Below are positions 1 through 9,832 of a DNA stretch of 64,000 nt, piece by piece. Source of the stretch: Dehalococcoidia bacterium (GTDB lineage: Bacteria; Chloroflexota; Dehalococcoidia; UBA2979); the NCBI GenBank assembly GCA_964291495.2, contig OZ219871.1:736001-800000 (forward strand), read 5' to 3'. Numbering within the stretch: position 1 is the stretch's first letter; each line of letters opens with the position of its first letter. A program made the position numbers and the translations under genes. The notes below the pieces were generated by a model, which had not been told where the DNA came from, ran no database searches, and saw only the letters and a program-made list of their open reading frames with translations.

Positions 1-1
1 C

Positions 2-94
2 TACGTAGTCGAGACGAACTCCGGCCGTGGGGGGCTGGAGCGATACTTCCTCGAGGTCACCGGCGACGAAGCAGAAGGCGTCCGCGAGGCCTGA
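2..94 (+). CDS. 3' end of ABC transporter ATP-binding protein (partial)
   Basis: Frame 2 reads YVVETNSGRGGLERYFLEVTGDEAEGVREA*. 'LE.YFL..TG' is a typical C-terminus of ABC-2 ATPases, and it lies directly upstream of an ABC-2 permease. Confidence 0.6.
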   Translation, partial: YVVETNSGRGGLERYFLEVTGDEAEGVREA

Positions 95-113
95 CGTGCG
101 GGCCTGGAATACG

Positions 114-1157
114 ATGTCGACGCCCCAGGTGCTCCGGCTGGCAAGGTGGGAGTGGTTCAAGGTCCGCCGGCTCCGGATGCCCTGGATCCTCCTCGCGATA
201 GCCGTGCTGATCTCGCAACTGGGCATCTGGGTCAACTATCTCGCGTACCACAACGAGACCGTGCAGGAGATCGTTGGCGGCGGCACCGCCTCGTACAGCG
301 TGTCATGGGACGAGGAGGGCCGAACGTCCCTGAAGATGACGTGTGCGGATGTCGCGAACGATCGCACTCCATCAGGGTTCTACCAGCTCACCGAGGAGCA
401 ACGGAGGGACTTCCTGGACGGGGTGGACGCATGGCGCGCCGGTGGGCCGTGTGACAGCTTCCCGTCGCTCCCCGAGCTTCGCAAGGGTTTCACGGCCCCC
501 AACAGCATCACCGCAAGCATGTCCGGCTTTTCTTCGCTCGGTCCTGTGGCGATAGGCCCACTGCTCATCATGATTCTCGCGGCTTCTCTGGTGGGGACCG
601 AATACGGCTGGGGCACACTGCGGACGGTCCTCAGTGGCGGCGCCGCGCGCTGGAAGTTCCTCTCCGCGAAACTCCTCTTGCTCGGACTGGTGTGCGCCTG
701 CGTCCTTGTCGTCATCTCGCTCGTATCGGTTGCGTCCAGCCTCGCGGCCGCACTGATTCCTCCCGGCGAGACAGGCGGACTTCCCGATGCCGGCAGGTGG
801 TCCGAGGTGGTCGTGATGTTCTTCAAGACCGCTTCGGGGCTCCTGCCACTCGTGGCGCTCAGCGTCCTCGCCACGGTACTCACCGCATCCCGCGGTGTGG
901 GCATTGCCCTTTCGATCGGGTACACGATGGTTGAGTCGCTTGTCGCGCCGCTTCTCCACCTCAACGACACGCTTGCCGAGGTCGCGGACTACCTGCTGAT
1001 TGAGAGCTTTCGCTCGTGGACGGCCATGCCGGACGCAGGGAGCTCTTCGGACGCGCTGCAGGGCCTGACCCCAATCCTCGCCTACACCGTCCTGCTCGTT
1101 GCCACTGCGCTCTGGGTATTCAGGAGGAGGGACATCGGCGGGGCTATCGGCGACTAG
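114..1157 (+). CDS. ABC-2 type transporter permease
   Basis: Motifs 'RWEWFKVRR' and 'LVGTEYGWGTLRTVL', about 6 TM segments, C-terminal 'FRRRDI'. ATG at 114 preferred over GTG at 27. Confidence 0.85.
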   Translation: MSTPQVLRLARWEWFKVRRLRMPWILLAIAVLISQLGIWVNYLAYHNETVQEIVGGGTASYSVSWDEEGRTSLKMTCADVANDRTPSGFYQLTEEQRRDFLDGVDAWRAGGPCDSFPSLPELRKGFTAPNSITASMSGFSSLGPVAIGPLLIMILAASLVGTEYGWGTLRTVLSGGAARWKFLSAKLLLLGLVCACVLVVISLVSVASSLAAALIPPGETGGLPDAGRWSEVVVMFFKTASGLLPLVALSVLATVLTASRGVGIALSIGYTMVESLVAPLLHLNDTLAEVADYLLIESFRSWTAMPDAGSSSDALQGLTPILAYTVLLVATALWVFRRRDIGGAIGD

Positions 1158-1201
1158 GCCACACAACCCCTACTTGCACCTCACGATCCCCAGGACCAGG
1201 C

Positions 1202-1295
1202 CACGCACATCGGCCTCGCTGCTCGGAACGACAAGATCGGGCGCGTGCCGGTGGTGGTGACAGTTGCTCTTGCGAGCGAGGCGCGAGAGGCCCTG
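1202..1295 (+). repeat. Dispersed ~90-bp non-palindromic repeat, family C (copy 1)
   Basis: Core GACAAGATCGRGCGCGTGCCGGTGGTGGTGAC.GT.GCTCT.GCGAG is shared with ~37906, ~38031 and ~46446. Confidence 0.85.
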
Positions 1296-1367
1296 TGGCG
1301 GGTGAGTCCCACGAGCTGAACGCTCCCGAGTGAGCGCGGCGCATGGCGCCCGGAGGCCCGGCTGCGC

Positions 1368-3935
1368 CTACCGCCCCTCTGCTGCGAGCTCGCATACGCG
1401 ACGGTGCTCCGGGTCGATCCGGTGGACGGAGCCCAGCTCGACGTACAGCTCGTAGGGCTGCCTTCGAGCCTCGCGCGCGGCCTCACTGCGCCACACCCCC
1501 GTCTCGGCGGTGATCACGCCCTGCCGTCGGAGTTCGGCGATCTCCGCGGCGTCGAGCCCGGCCTCGCGCAGGATCTCGTCGGCGTGCTCATCGACGCTCG
1601 GCGCCCGTGAGCGCACCGCGAACCCCCGTCCGTCGATCTTCGCCGGGAAGCAGCGCTGCATCGGCACCGTCCCGAAGCCCTCGATTTCGATGGGATCGAA
1701 GAAGTGGCGGGCGCGGAGCTGCTCGTCGGCGAGGATCTCGTCCGCCTTGAGGACGGCGCCGGCGGCCACGCCCGCAGTCTGCAGTCGCCGCATGACCTCG
1801 AGCTTCGTGCGCGTGCTCGTCCAGCGTTCCAGCAAGCCATCGATCTCGTCATGGTGGGCCCGGCGCGCGGCGGCGCTGCCAAAGCGCGGGTCACTCGCCC
1901 ACTCCGGATGTCCGCTGGCTTCGCAGCAGGCTCGCCACGCCTCGTCGTCTGCGATTGAGATCGCGACCCAATCGTCGTCTCCACGACAGCGGTAGATTCC
2001 GCGCACCTCGGCGGGCCGGCGGTTGCCTGCTCGCTGCGGCGCTCGCCCGTTCGCTGCAAAGTCGAGCAGCTGCGGGCCGAGCAGCTGCAGCGTCGCCTCC
2101 TGCATCGAGACCTCGATGTACTGTCCCTCCCCCGTGCGCTCGCGATGGATCAGGGCCGCGATGATCGCGCCGGCGACGTGGACCCCGACGAAGGGGTCGA
2201 CCCAGGTGTTGCCGGTCTTGGACGGCGGGCCATCCGCATAGCCGGTTACCGACGAGATGCCGGCGGCCGGCTCCATGCTGACGCCGCTGGCGCCGAGCCG
2301 TGCATCGGGTCCGGACTGTCCGTAGCCGGATACGGACACCAGGATCAGCCGCGGGTACGAGCTCCGCAGCACATCGAAGTCCAGCCCGAGCCTGCTCATG
2401 ACCCCGGGGGTGAAGTTCTCGACGAGTACGTCGGCGCCGGCGAGCAGCCGGTGGAGCGCATCACGCCCCGGCGCGGACGAGAGGTCGAGGGAGATCGCTC
2501 GCTTGCTGGCGTTGCGGGCATGGAAGTAGGGCGAGCGGTTCCAGTACTCGCCGCTCATGTCGTTGGCCGCGGGGAACAGGGTGCGCGCGGTCTCCGGCGG
2601 GTTGGGACGCTCGACCTTGACCACGTCGGCGCCGAGCTCGGAGAGGATGCGGGTCGCCAGCGGACCCACCCAGACGTGGGCGAGCTCCACCACGCGGAGC
2701 GGCTCGAAGAACGACAGCCGCATACCGTTGCCGCGGCTTCGTGTGCGGACTTCCGGCTCCCTGCCGGGGGAGGCGCGGCCTCCGTCCGAAGGCTCCAGGT
2801 CATCGTCGGCGCCGAGCGCCGGCGCCGGCTCCACGCGCAGCGGTGTGGCCGACATGCGCAACGGTGGGCCGACCGAGACCGGTTCGCGGGACGAGGCGCC
2901 GAAGAAGCGCCGCTCACGGAGGTGCTCGTCCGCCAGCAGCTCCGCTACCGAGGGGGCGGGCCACAGGGCGATGCCAAGCGCGCTGCCGCGCCGCACCACG
3001 TCGGCTACCGTATGCGCCTCGAGCCAGGGGCGGAGCAGCGCCTCGAACTCCCTCCAGCGCAGCATCCGCTCTCGCTGGTCGGCGAACAGGGCGGTCGTGG
3101 CGAGCTCCGGCCGCTCGATCAGCTCCGCCAGAGCCACTGCCGGGTCGCCCGCGAAGCGCGGGGTGAACGTCACGTATCCATCGGCGCAGGCCAACACGTC
3201 GGACGGATAGGAGAGAATGACGCGGGAGTAGTGGCGGCGGCGCACGGCGCCCGCCGCGATGTACATCGCCAGGCTGTAGTCGTCGTCGATGGCCAGCGAC
3301 TCGAACGCCGACACGTCCACATGGCGGTGAGCCGCGCCCCGGCTGCGGTCGGCGAGCGCCGCGAGGGCCGCGGTGAAGGCCATGGCGCCCGCGCTGTAGT
3401 CCGCCAGCTCCACGCCGAGGCTGAGCGGCTCCCGATCGGGGTACCCGCTGATGTAGGACATCCCGGCCAGCGCCTCGAGCACTTGCCCGTCCGCCCTGTA
3501 CGGCGCATAGGGGCCCGTCATCCCGAACGGGCTGACCGCGACGTAGAGGGCGTGCGGGAACAGCGCCGCGATCCGATCCGGCTCCCGGAGGGGAAGCCAC
3601 GATGGGGCTCGCCAGTCGGCGAGCAACACGTCGCTTCGTCCTATCCAGTGGTCGGCTCGCTCGGCGTGCCGCTGGCCGGACGGGTCGAACGTCACGCTGC
3701 GCTTGCCGCCGTTGAGGAAGGCATGCTGCGCACCGCGGTCCAGGTCCATGACATCGTCGGGGAACGGTCCGGCCTGGCGGACGCCGTCACCGTCCTCCCG
3801 CTCCAGCCGGACGACGTCCGCGCCGAAGAGAGCGAACAACCGTCCGCAGTAGGCGACCGCGCTGCCGCTGGCCAGCTCGGCCACGCGTATGCCGGCGAGC
3901 GCGGAGCGCGGCGACTGCTCCCGGGCGGCCGTCAT
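1368..3935 (-). CDS. Family III CoA-transferase (CaiB/BaiF), two domains fused in tandem, 855 aa
   Basis: Two CaiB N-terminal motifs (LAGIRVAEL...GADVVRLE; LRVVELAHVWVGP...LGADVVKVE), NxxKRS motifs, two 'D..G' catalytic-region motifs. Confidence 0.9.
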   Translation of the reverse strand: MTAAREQSPRSALAGIRVAELASGSAVAYCGRLFALFGADVVRLEREDGDGVRQAGPFPDDVMDLDRGAQHAFLNGGKRSVTFDPSGQRHAERADHWIGRSDVLLADWRAPSWLPLREPDRIAALFPHALYVAVSPFGMTGPYAPYRADGQVLEALAGMSYISGYPDREPLSLGVELADYSAGAMAFTAALAALADRSRGAAHRHVDVSAFESLAIDDDYSLAMYIAAGAVRRRHYSRVILSYPSDVLACADGYVTFTPRFAGDPAVALAELIERPELATTALFADQRERMLRWREFEALLRPWLEAHTVADVVRRGSALGIALWPAPSVAELLADEHLRERRFFGASSREPVSVGPPLRMSATPLRVEPAPALGADDDLEPSDGGRASPGREPEVRTRSRGNGMRLSFFEPLRVVELAHVWVGPLATRILSELGADVVKVERPNPPETARTLFPAANDMSGEYWNRSPYFHARNASKRAISLDLSSAPGRDALHRLLAGADVLVENFTPGVMSRLGLDFDVLRSSYPRLILVSVSGYGQSGPDARLGASGVSMEPAAGISSVTGYADGPPSKTGNTWVDPFVGVHVAGAIIAALIHRERTGEGQYIEVSMQEATLQLLGPQLLDFAANGRAPQRAGNRRPAEVRGIYRCRGDDDWVAISIADDEAWRACCEASGHPEWASDPRFGSAAARRAHHDEIDGLLERWTSTRTKLEVMRRLQTAGVAAGAVLKADEILADEQLRARHFFDPIEIEGFGTVPMQRCFPAKIDGRGFAVRSRAPSVDEHADEILREAGLDAAEIAELRRQGVITAETGVWRSEAAREARRQPYELYVELGSVHRIDPEHRRVCELAAEGR

Positions 3936-4189
3936 CGCAAGCCTCCGATCGGATTCGGTCTTGTCACGAGCCTGGAGCTCTGCCGCTCCGGCCCGATGCT
4001 AGCGCGTCATGCGTGCGACGCGGCGGTTCCGAGCGTCACGCCCAACGGAGAGGATCTGCTGAAGGTGTTGACGCTGCCCGTCGTTGAGCATGAGCAGGAT
4101 CCGCTCATGCGCTCGGAGCGTCAGGGCTTATGCTAGGATGACTGCGCCAAATGGATCCTCTGCGACATCACATAAGGAAGGTGTTTAAC

Positions 4190-4870
4190 GTGGGCACAAT
4201 ATCGGTGAATCGGCTGGCGGGTCTGTCCCTCATTTTTGGCCCGGTTATCGCCTTCGTCTTCTTCCTCATCGAACCGGGTGGACTCCTGATCGACAGCGCA
4301 AAGGTATCGGACGCTGTTGGCTCCATCACGGCCAAGAGCTCCAACGAGACGCTGACCAATGTAACCAACATCGCGATCATCCTCGGCCTGGCTCTCATCC
4401 TCTCAGGCCTCTATGCGCTCATGCGGAACGTGACCCTGGAGGGCAACGGCAAGGCGCTCGTTCAAATGGGCTTCTTCATGACCTTCGTCGGGCTGACCGG
4501 TTGGATTCTCTCCGGCGGCATGGACTTCATTCTGGCCGACGCCCAAACCAGCGACGAGATCCGGGGAAGTGTTCCCGTCTACTACGCCGGGTCCGCTCTC
4601 GTTTACGCGGGTGGGATTACGCTCGGGTTTGGCAGCCTCATCTTCGCGTTGGGCCTCTCCACGAGAGACGACTTCAACCAAACAATCTCCCTGTTGGCTG
4701 CCCTTGTCAGCCTGGCCATCATGGTCTTCTTCATCATGGCCATACTCAGCAACGCCGACCGCGACACCTTCATCAGCATGGCCCGAGGCTGCTACGTGCT
4801 GCTGGTCATCTGGTACGGATATCTGGGCCTCGGACTGATGAACCGGCCCGATCCCGATCTCTGGCGATAG
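4190..4870 (+). CDS. Multi-pass membrane protein (DUF4386-like)
   Basis: About 6 hydrophobic helices; RBS AAGGAAGG before GTG 4190. Confidence 0.6.
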   Translation: MGTISVNRLAGLSLIFGPVIAFVFFLIEPGGLLIDSAKVSDAVGSITAKSSNETLTNVTNIAIILGLALILSGLYALMRNVTLEGNGKALVQMGFFMTFVGLTGWILSGGMDFILADAQTSDEIRGSVPVYYAGSALVYAGGITLGFGSLIFALGLSTRDDFNQTISLLAALVSLAIMVFFIMAILSNADRDTFISMARGCYVLLVIWYGYLGLGLMNRPDPDLWR

Positions 4871-4913
4871 ACGGCGTCTAGGATCCGCCGGCGGCCCGTC
4901 CCGCGGTTCGCCC

Positions 4914-7016
4914 TTGCCGTACTCGCGAACCGCGGTGCTGGCCGGTCTCGTCGCCCTGGTCGCGCTGGCGCTGCTCCCCGCGCTGCCCGGCGACCCCGCC
5001 GCACACATCGCGGATGCGCAGGGCGGCGGGGTAACCGTCACCCTCCTCCACAACAATGACGGCGAGTCGGCCCTGCTGCCCCTCACGAACACCGTCGAGG
5101 CAGGCAGCCGCACCGTCGAGGTGCCGGTCGCGGGGATCGCCGCCTACAAGGCCGTGGTCGAGCGGGAGGTGGCCGCTGCGCGCGCGGACGGAAACGCAGT
5201 CCTGGCCGTGTACGCGGGCGATGCGTACCTCTCATCCGCCGCGTTTGTCTGCGGCCAGCGGGAGGGTAGCCCGTTCTTCGATGCGGTCGCCCAGGGCGCC
5301 ATCCCCTACGATGCCCACGTCATCGGCAACCACGAGTTCGACGCGACGCCCGACGTCCTCGAGCGCTTCATTCGCAGCTTCGAGGGCCAGCCCTTCCTGA
5401 GCGCCAACCTCGACTTCTCGGGCGAGCCCGGGTTCGCCGATCTCGTCGACGACGACGGGCTCATCGAGCTGCCCATCGCCGGTGGCCGGGTGGTCGGGCG
5501 CTCGATGGTCCTCGGCGATCCCGTCACCGGCGCACGCTTCGGCCTGGTGGGCGCGACGACCCCGGGCCTGACCAACATCTCCATCCCCCGGAACGTCGCC
5601 GTCACCCCCGATCTGGCCTCGACCGCGGCCGCCGTCCAGTCCGAGATCGATCGCCTGCTCGCGCGGGGCGTCAACAAGATCATCTTTGTCAGCCACCTCC
5701 AGAGCCTCGCGAGCGACGTGGCCATCGTCGCGCTGCTGCGCGGGGTGGACATCGCCGTCTCCGGCGGCGGTCACACCCTGCTCCAGAACACCGGCGTCGA
5801 CGGTTCCGTGCAGCGCCTGCCCGGCGAGCGCGCCCCGGTCGAGGGCGAGTACCCACTGGAAGCCACGGACGCCGACGGCAGGACCGTCTACATGGTGACG
5901 ACCGCGGGCCACTACAGGTATGTCGGTCGCCTCGATGCAGTATTCGACGCTGCGGGCGAGGTCGAGAGCATCGTCGGCGCGTCCAGCTATCCCCGGCCGG
6001 TCGCGCCTGTGAGCGAGGCAGCCACCCTCGCGGGATTCGAGGGCGGCGTCGTCCCCGATCCCACGCTCGTTGCCACCGTTGAGGAGCCGATTGCGGCCTG
6101 CCTTGCCGGTCTCGCGAGCACGACGATCGCGACCACGGAGGTGCTGCTCGATGTGTCGCGCGCCGGCGTGCGCGGGGGCGAGAGCAACGCCGGGAACCTC
6201 ATCGCCGACGCCTTCCTCCATGCCTACGATCGCGCCGCCCGCGGCCTGGGCCTGCCTCAGCGCAGCCCCGACAAACCGGTCATCGCCATCCAGAACAGCG
6301 GCGGCATTCGCCAGAACGCCGGCGACACGCTTCCGACGAGCGGGACGGCCCCCGGCGAGATATTCCTCGTCAATACGCTCGACGTGCTCCCCTTCCCCAA
6401 CGCCGTCTCGGTCGTCGGGAACGTCTCACCTGCCGACCTGAAGGCCGTCTTCGAGATCTCGGGCGAACGCTACCCCGCCCCCAGCGGAGCCTTCCTCCAG
6501 ATCGGCGGGATCGCCGCCGCCTACGACCCCTCCCGCCCCGCCGGGGAACGGGTGGTGAGCCTCACCCTGGCCGGCGGCGCGCCGATCGTCGCGGACGGCG
6601 CGATCGTCGAGGGCGCCCCAGCCGTCGCCGTCGTGACCAGCAGCTTCGTCGCGGATGGAGGTGACGGCTACACGATGCTCGGACGGAACCCCGACAAGCT
6701 GCGCATCGTCGCCAGCTACGAGCAGGCCCTGCGCGAGTACCTGCGCGCCCTCGGGACCGTCCGCGCCGACGACCCTCGCTACGCCCCCGGCGGCGAGGCG
6801 CGCAGCACGTTCGTCGGGGCGTCGCCGGCGGAGGCCGCCCGCGACGCTGAGCGGGACTCCCCTGCCCCGCCCGCCTCGGGTAGCGGACTCGAGCCCGGCG
6901 GGGAGTCGCCGCCGGCGCCCGTGGCTCTCATGCTCCTGATCGTACTGGGCGTGGCGGTCACCCTCGGCGCCGCGTGGACGCGATGCTCCAGCCCTCACGG
7001 AACCCGACGCCACTGA
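4914..7016 (+). CDS. Secreted bifunctional metallophosphoesterase/5'-nucleotidase with C-terminal membrane anchor
   Basis: Signal peptide; LLHNNDGES, AGDAY, GNHEFD, SHLQ, GGGH; C-terminal domain ESNAGNLIADA, NSGGIR, LPFPN, GGDGY; terminal TM helix. Confidence 0.9.
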   Translation: MPYSRTAVLAGLVALVALALLPALPGDPAAHIADAQGGGVTVTLLHNNDGESALLPLTNTVEAGSRTVEVPVAGIAAYKAVVEREVAAARADGNAVLAVYAGDAYLSSAAFVCGQREGSPFFDAVAQGAIPYDAHVIGNHEFDATPDVLERFIRSFEGQPFLSANLDFSGEPGFADLVDDDGLIELPIAGGRVVGRSMVLGDPVTGARFGLVGATTPGLTNISIPRNVAVTPDLASTAAAVQSEIDRLLARGVNKIIFVSHLQSLASDVAIVALLRGVDIAVSGGGHTLLQNTGVDGSVQRLPGERAPVEGEYPLEATDADGRTVYMVTTAGHYRYVGRLDAVFDAAGEVESIVGASSYPRPVAPVSEAATLAGFEGGVVPDPTLVATVEEPIAACLAGLASTTIATTEVLLDVSRAGVRGGESNAGNLIADAFLHAYDRAARGLGLPQRSPDKPVIAIQNSGGIRQNAGDTLPTSGTAPGEIFLVNTLDVLPFPNAVSVVGNVSPADLKAVFEISGERYPAPSGAFLQIGGIAAAYDPSRPAGERVVSLTLAGGAPIVADGAIVEGAPAVAVVTSSFVADGGDGYTMLGRNPDKLRIVASYEQALREYLRALGTVRADDPRYAPGGEARSTFVGASPAEAARDAERDSPAPPASGSGLEPGGESPPAPVALMLLIVLGVAVTLGAAWTRCSSPHGTRRH

Positions 7017-7206
7017 GCACGATCCGGCTCCGGAGTGCAACGTCGTGGCTCCAGGCTGCAGCGAGTCTGACGGCGCGGACACTGCGCGGCTCTTCACGAT
7101 GCGGAACAGCGCGGTCCCTTACCGACGCTGAGTCCTCTGGAGGTGATAACGTGCCGGCGGACGAGTATCAGTGGCGGCGCCGCGGCAGGCATGCAAAGGA
7201 CTCGAA

Positions 7207-8064
7207 GTGCTCACGATCGACTGTCAGGTTCACGCTTACGAACGCGATCACCCCGGGCGACCCTGGGCCGGCACGCTCGTCGGCCCGTCCGAGGTGACCG
7301 GTGACGATATGGTCTCGGCGATGGATGCCGTCGGCGTCGACGGGGCGCTCCTGGTCTCCCCGCACAGAATGTACCGCTTCGACGGGAGCTATGCGCTCGA
7401 AGTGCACGCCCGGCATCCGGGGCGCTTCGGCCTGATCAAGCCCATCGACCCGGAAGCCTCCGATGTCGGCGACGAAGTTGCCCGCTGGGCGGCGAACCCC
7501 GGGGTCGTCGGGGCGCGAATGATGTTGACCCACCTGGATCCGGACGCAACGGCCGATCACCCCGGGCTCAATCAGATCCTGGCCGCGGGAGCGGCCAACG
7601 ACATTCCGATCAACGTGATGTGCTGGCGGAAGCTCGATCTGATCACGGAGCTCGCCCGTCGCCATCCCAACACCCGGGTCGTGATCGACCACCTGGGCAT
7701 CCCCCAGCCCTTCCAGCCGCCGCTACCCGAGCGACCGTTCGCCGACTTGCCCGCCGTCCTCGAGCTGGCGGAGCTCGACAACGTCGCCGTCAAGGTGTCG
7801 GGGGCATGCACGCTGTCGCGGGAGCCGTTTCCCTACGACGACATCTGGGAGCCTCTGGGTCAGATCTTCCGGGCATTCGGGTTCGAGCGGTGCATGTGGG
7901 GCACCGACTGGACCCGTGCGGTCGAGTTCCTGACCTACGAGCAGGGTGTCGAGGCGTTCCGCGTCACCGATCACCTCACGGAGTCAGAACGAGCGGCCCT
8001 CATGGGGGGCAGCCTCGCGCAAATCTACTCGTGGACGCCGGGCGAGGCTGCACGAGACGAGTGA
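7207..8064 (+). CDS. Amidohydrolase family 2 protein
   Basis: IDCQVHAY, VIDHLG, VAVKVSG, CMWGTDW motifs; AAGGA RBS before GTG 7207. Confidence 0.88.
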   Translation: MLTIDCQVHAYERDHPGRPWAGTLVGPSEVTGDDMVSAMDAVGVDGALLVSPHRMYRFDGSYALEVHARHPGRFGLIKPIDPEASDVGDEVARWAANPGVVGARMMLTHLDPDATADHPGLNQILAAGAANDIPINVMCWRKLDLITELARRHPNTRVVIDHLGIPQPFQPPLPERPFADLPAVLELAELDNVAVKVSGACTLSREPFPYDDIWEPLGQIFRAFGFERCMWGTDWTRAVEFLTYEQGVEAFRVTDHLTESERAALMGGSLAQIYSWTPGEAARDE

Positions 8065-8080
8065 TGTTCGCGCCTGACGC

Positions 8081-8330
8081 CTACGGCCCATCGCCCCGCA
8101 CGGTCAGGGGCGTGGCCGCCGGGACGCCGTCCGGGAACAGCCCTCGGAAGCGGGCGTTCACGAACTCCGGCGAGCCGATGATGTACGCCACGTACTCGCC
8201 CGCGACGAGGGCGTAGACGGCCGCGACGTCGCGGTCCTCCGCGCAGGCCCCGAGGTCATCGACGCTCCCGCCCTCGTAGACCACGAGGCTGAAGCTCCCC
8301 GCGATCTCGCACAGACCGAGGCGGCCCACC
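8081..8330 (-). pseudogene. Orphan C-terminal domain fragment of a probable cell-surface protein
   Basis: Protein-like stretch FSLVVYEGGSVDDLGACAEDRDVAAVYALVAGEYVAYIIGSPEFVNARFRGLFPDGVPAATPLTVRGDGP* with GC3-rich codons but no credible start or signal peptide. Confidence 0.5.
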
Positions 8331-8421
8331 GTGCCTCCGCCGAGTAAGCGACGGCGCCTCACCACCTGATACCCAGTCTCTTGCACAGCCCGCTGCGACC
8401 GTGGTACCGTCGTCGGCCATA

Positions 8422-8436
8422 TGAGACGTAGTATCA
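8422..8436. promoter_or_regulatory. Putative Zur/Fur-family box upstream of znuA
   Basis: TGAGACGTAGTATCA, an imperfect 7-1-7 inverted repeat; the same motif occurs at 42297 and 42329. Confidence 0.6.
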
Positions 8437-8482
8437 CTATGGCGCCGCAGCAATGACCGCCCAGCTGGAAGGAACCCAAATC

Positions 8483-9802
8483 GTGCGGAACATCATGGGA
8501 TTGCGGACGCTCGCGACCGCGCTGCTGCTCGCGCTCGCGCTCGCCGCGGCGGCGTGCGCGAGCGACGACGGCGATGACGGTGATGCCGGTGATGCCAGCC
8601 AGGCTGCGGCACAGCCTCCGCAAGTTGAGGAGCGTCTCCAGGTTGTCGCGTCCACCGGCATCATCGCCCACTTTGCCGAACAGATCGCCGGAGACGACGC
8701 CGACGTCGTGTCCGTGATCCCGCCGGGCGCGGACGCGCACAGCTTCACCCCCACCACCACCGCCATCCGCAACATCGCCGCCGCCGACCTCGTGATCGTC
8801 AACGGCTATAACCTCGAAGAGAGCACCCTGGCCACCATCTTCGAGAACCTGCCTGAGGATGCCACGCTCGTTGTCGCCACCGCCGGCATCGCCCCCCTCG
8901 AGGGCGGCCACCACCACCACGAGGACGAACACGGCCACGACGAGGACGAGGACGAACACGGCCACGACGAGGACGAGGACGAACACGGCCACGACGAGGA
9001 CGAGGACGGCCACGACCACGACGAGGACGAAGAAGGCCACGACGACGAAGAGGGCCACGACCACGACGAGGACGAGGACGGCCACGACGACGACGAAGAG
9101 GGCCACGACCACGACGAGGACGAAGAAGGCCACGACGACGACGAAGAGGGCCACGACCACGACGAGGACGAAGAAGGCCACGACGACGAAGAGGGCCACG
9201 ACCACGACGAGGACGAGGACGAGCACGGCCACGACGACGAGAAGATGAAGGTCGCCGCGGAGCACGAGCTCGCAGTCGCCGATGGCGACCCGCACATGTG
9301 GCTGACCGTCCCGAACGCGATGGTCTACGTGCGCAACATCGCCAACGCGATCGTCGCCGCCGACCCGGACAACGGCGCCGCCTACCGCGAGCGCGAGGCG
9401 GCCTACCTCGCCGAGCTACAGCAACTCGACGAGGAGGTGCGGGCCACAATCGCCGGCATTCCGGAGGAAAGCCGCGTGCTGATCGTCTACCACGACGCCT
9501 TCCAGTACTTCGCCGCCGAGTACGGGCTCGAGCTGGCCGCGTCCCTGCTGCCGGGTAACCCCTCGCAGCAGGCGAGCGCCGCCGCCGTCGCCGAGATCAT
9601 CGAGATCGTGGCCGGCCGCCAGGTCGGCGCCGTCTACCGCGAGCCGCAGTTCGCCGCGACCGCACTCGAGGCGATCGCTGAGGAGGCGGGCGTGCGCGCG
9701 CTGACGATCTACTCCGCCGCCTTCACGGACGAGGTCGACAGCTACGTCAAGCTGATGCGGGCGAACGCGGACGCGCTGGTCGAAGGGCTTGGCGGCGGGT
9801 AG
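8483..9802 (+). CDS. znuA: Zinc ABC transporter substrate-binding lipoprotein with very long His/acidic loop
   Basis: Lipobox AAAC; PPGADAHSF, NGYNLE, DPHMWL, YHDAFQYF motifs of the ZnuA/TroA family. Confidence 0.92.
   Translation: MRNIMGLRTLATALLLALALAAAACASDDGDDGDAGDASQAAAQPPQVEERLQVVASTGIIAHFAEQIAGDDADVVSVIPPGADAHSFTPTTTAIRNIAAADLVIVNGYNLEESTLATIFENLPEDATLVVATAGIAPLEGGHHHHEDEHGHDEDEDEHGHDEDEDEHGHDEDEDGHDHDEDEEGHDDEEGHDHDEDEDGHDDDEEGHDHDEDEEGHDDDEEGHDHDEDEEGHDDEEGHDHDEDEDEHGHDDEKMKVAAEHELAVADGDPHMWLTVPNAMVYVRNIANAIVAADPDNGAAYREREAAYLAELQQLDEEVRATIAGIPEESRVLIVYHDAFQYFAAEYGLELAASLLPGNPSQQASAAAVAEIIEIVAGRQVGAVYREPQFAATALEAIAEEAGVRALTIYSAAFTDEVDSYVKLMRANADALVEGLGGG
8909..9243 (+). repeat. Coding tandem repeat (HGHDEDEDE / GHDHDEDEE units)
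   Basis: Repeats of CACGACGAGGACGAGGACGAACACGGC and variants, all in frame. Confidence 0.95.
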
Positions 9803-9832
9803 CGCTCGCAGGGCAGAGGGCGGAGCGGGCCG

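Noticed and set aside
4069-4123. Nested inverted repeat (TGACGCT...GCATGAGC/GCTCATGC...AGCGTCA) as a riboswitch
   Set aside because: No recognisable riboswitch consensus and only one copy; could be an operator or chance.
2145-4136. 663-aa + strand ORF and similar long shadow ORFs (e.g. 14331-16598, 24673-26673, 29074-31362, 41800-44061)
   Set aside because: Antisense to well-supported genes; expected in high-GC DNA; no recognisable motifs.
7092-7106. CTTCACGATGCGGAA as a sixth IclR box
   Set aside because: Weaker match, no -10-like hexamer at the 21-bp spacing, and far from the regulator.
8330-9449. Poly-Val, poly-Ser, poly-Thr and poly-Arg ORFs, or a CRISPR-like array
   Set aside because: All are alternative readings of the in-frame ZnuA His/Asp/Glu repeat; no unique spacers and no cas genes.
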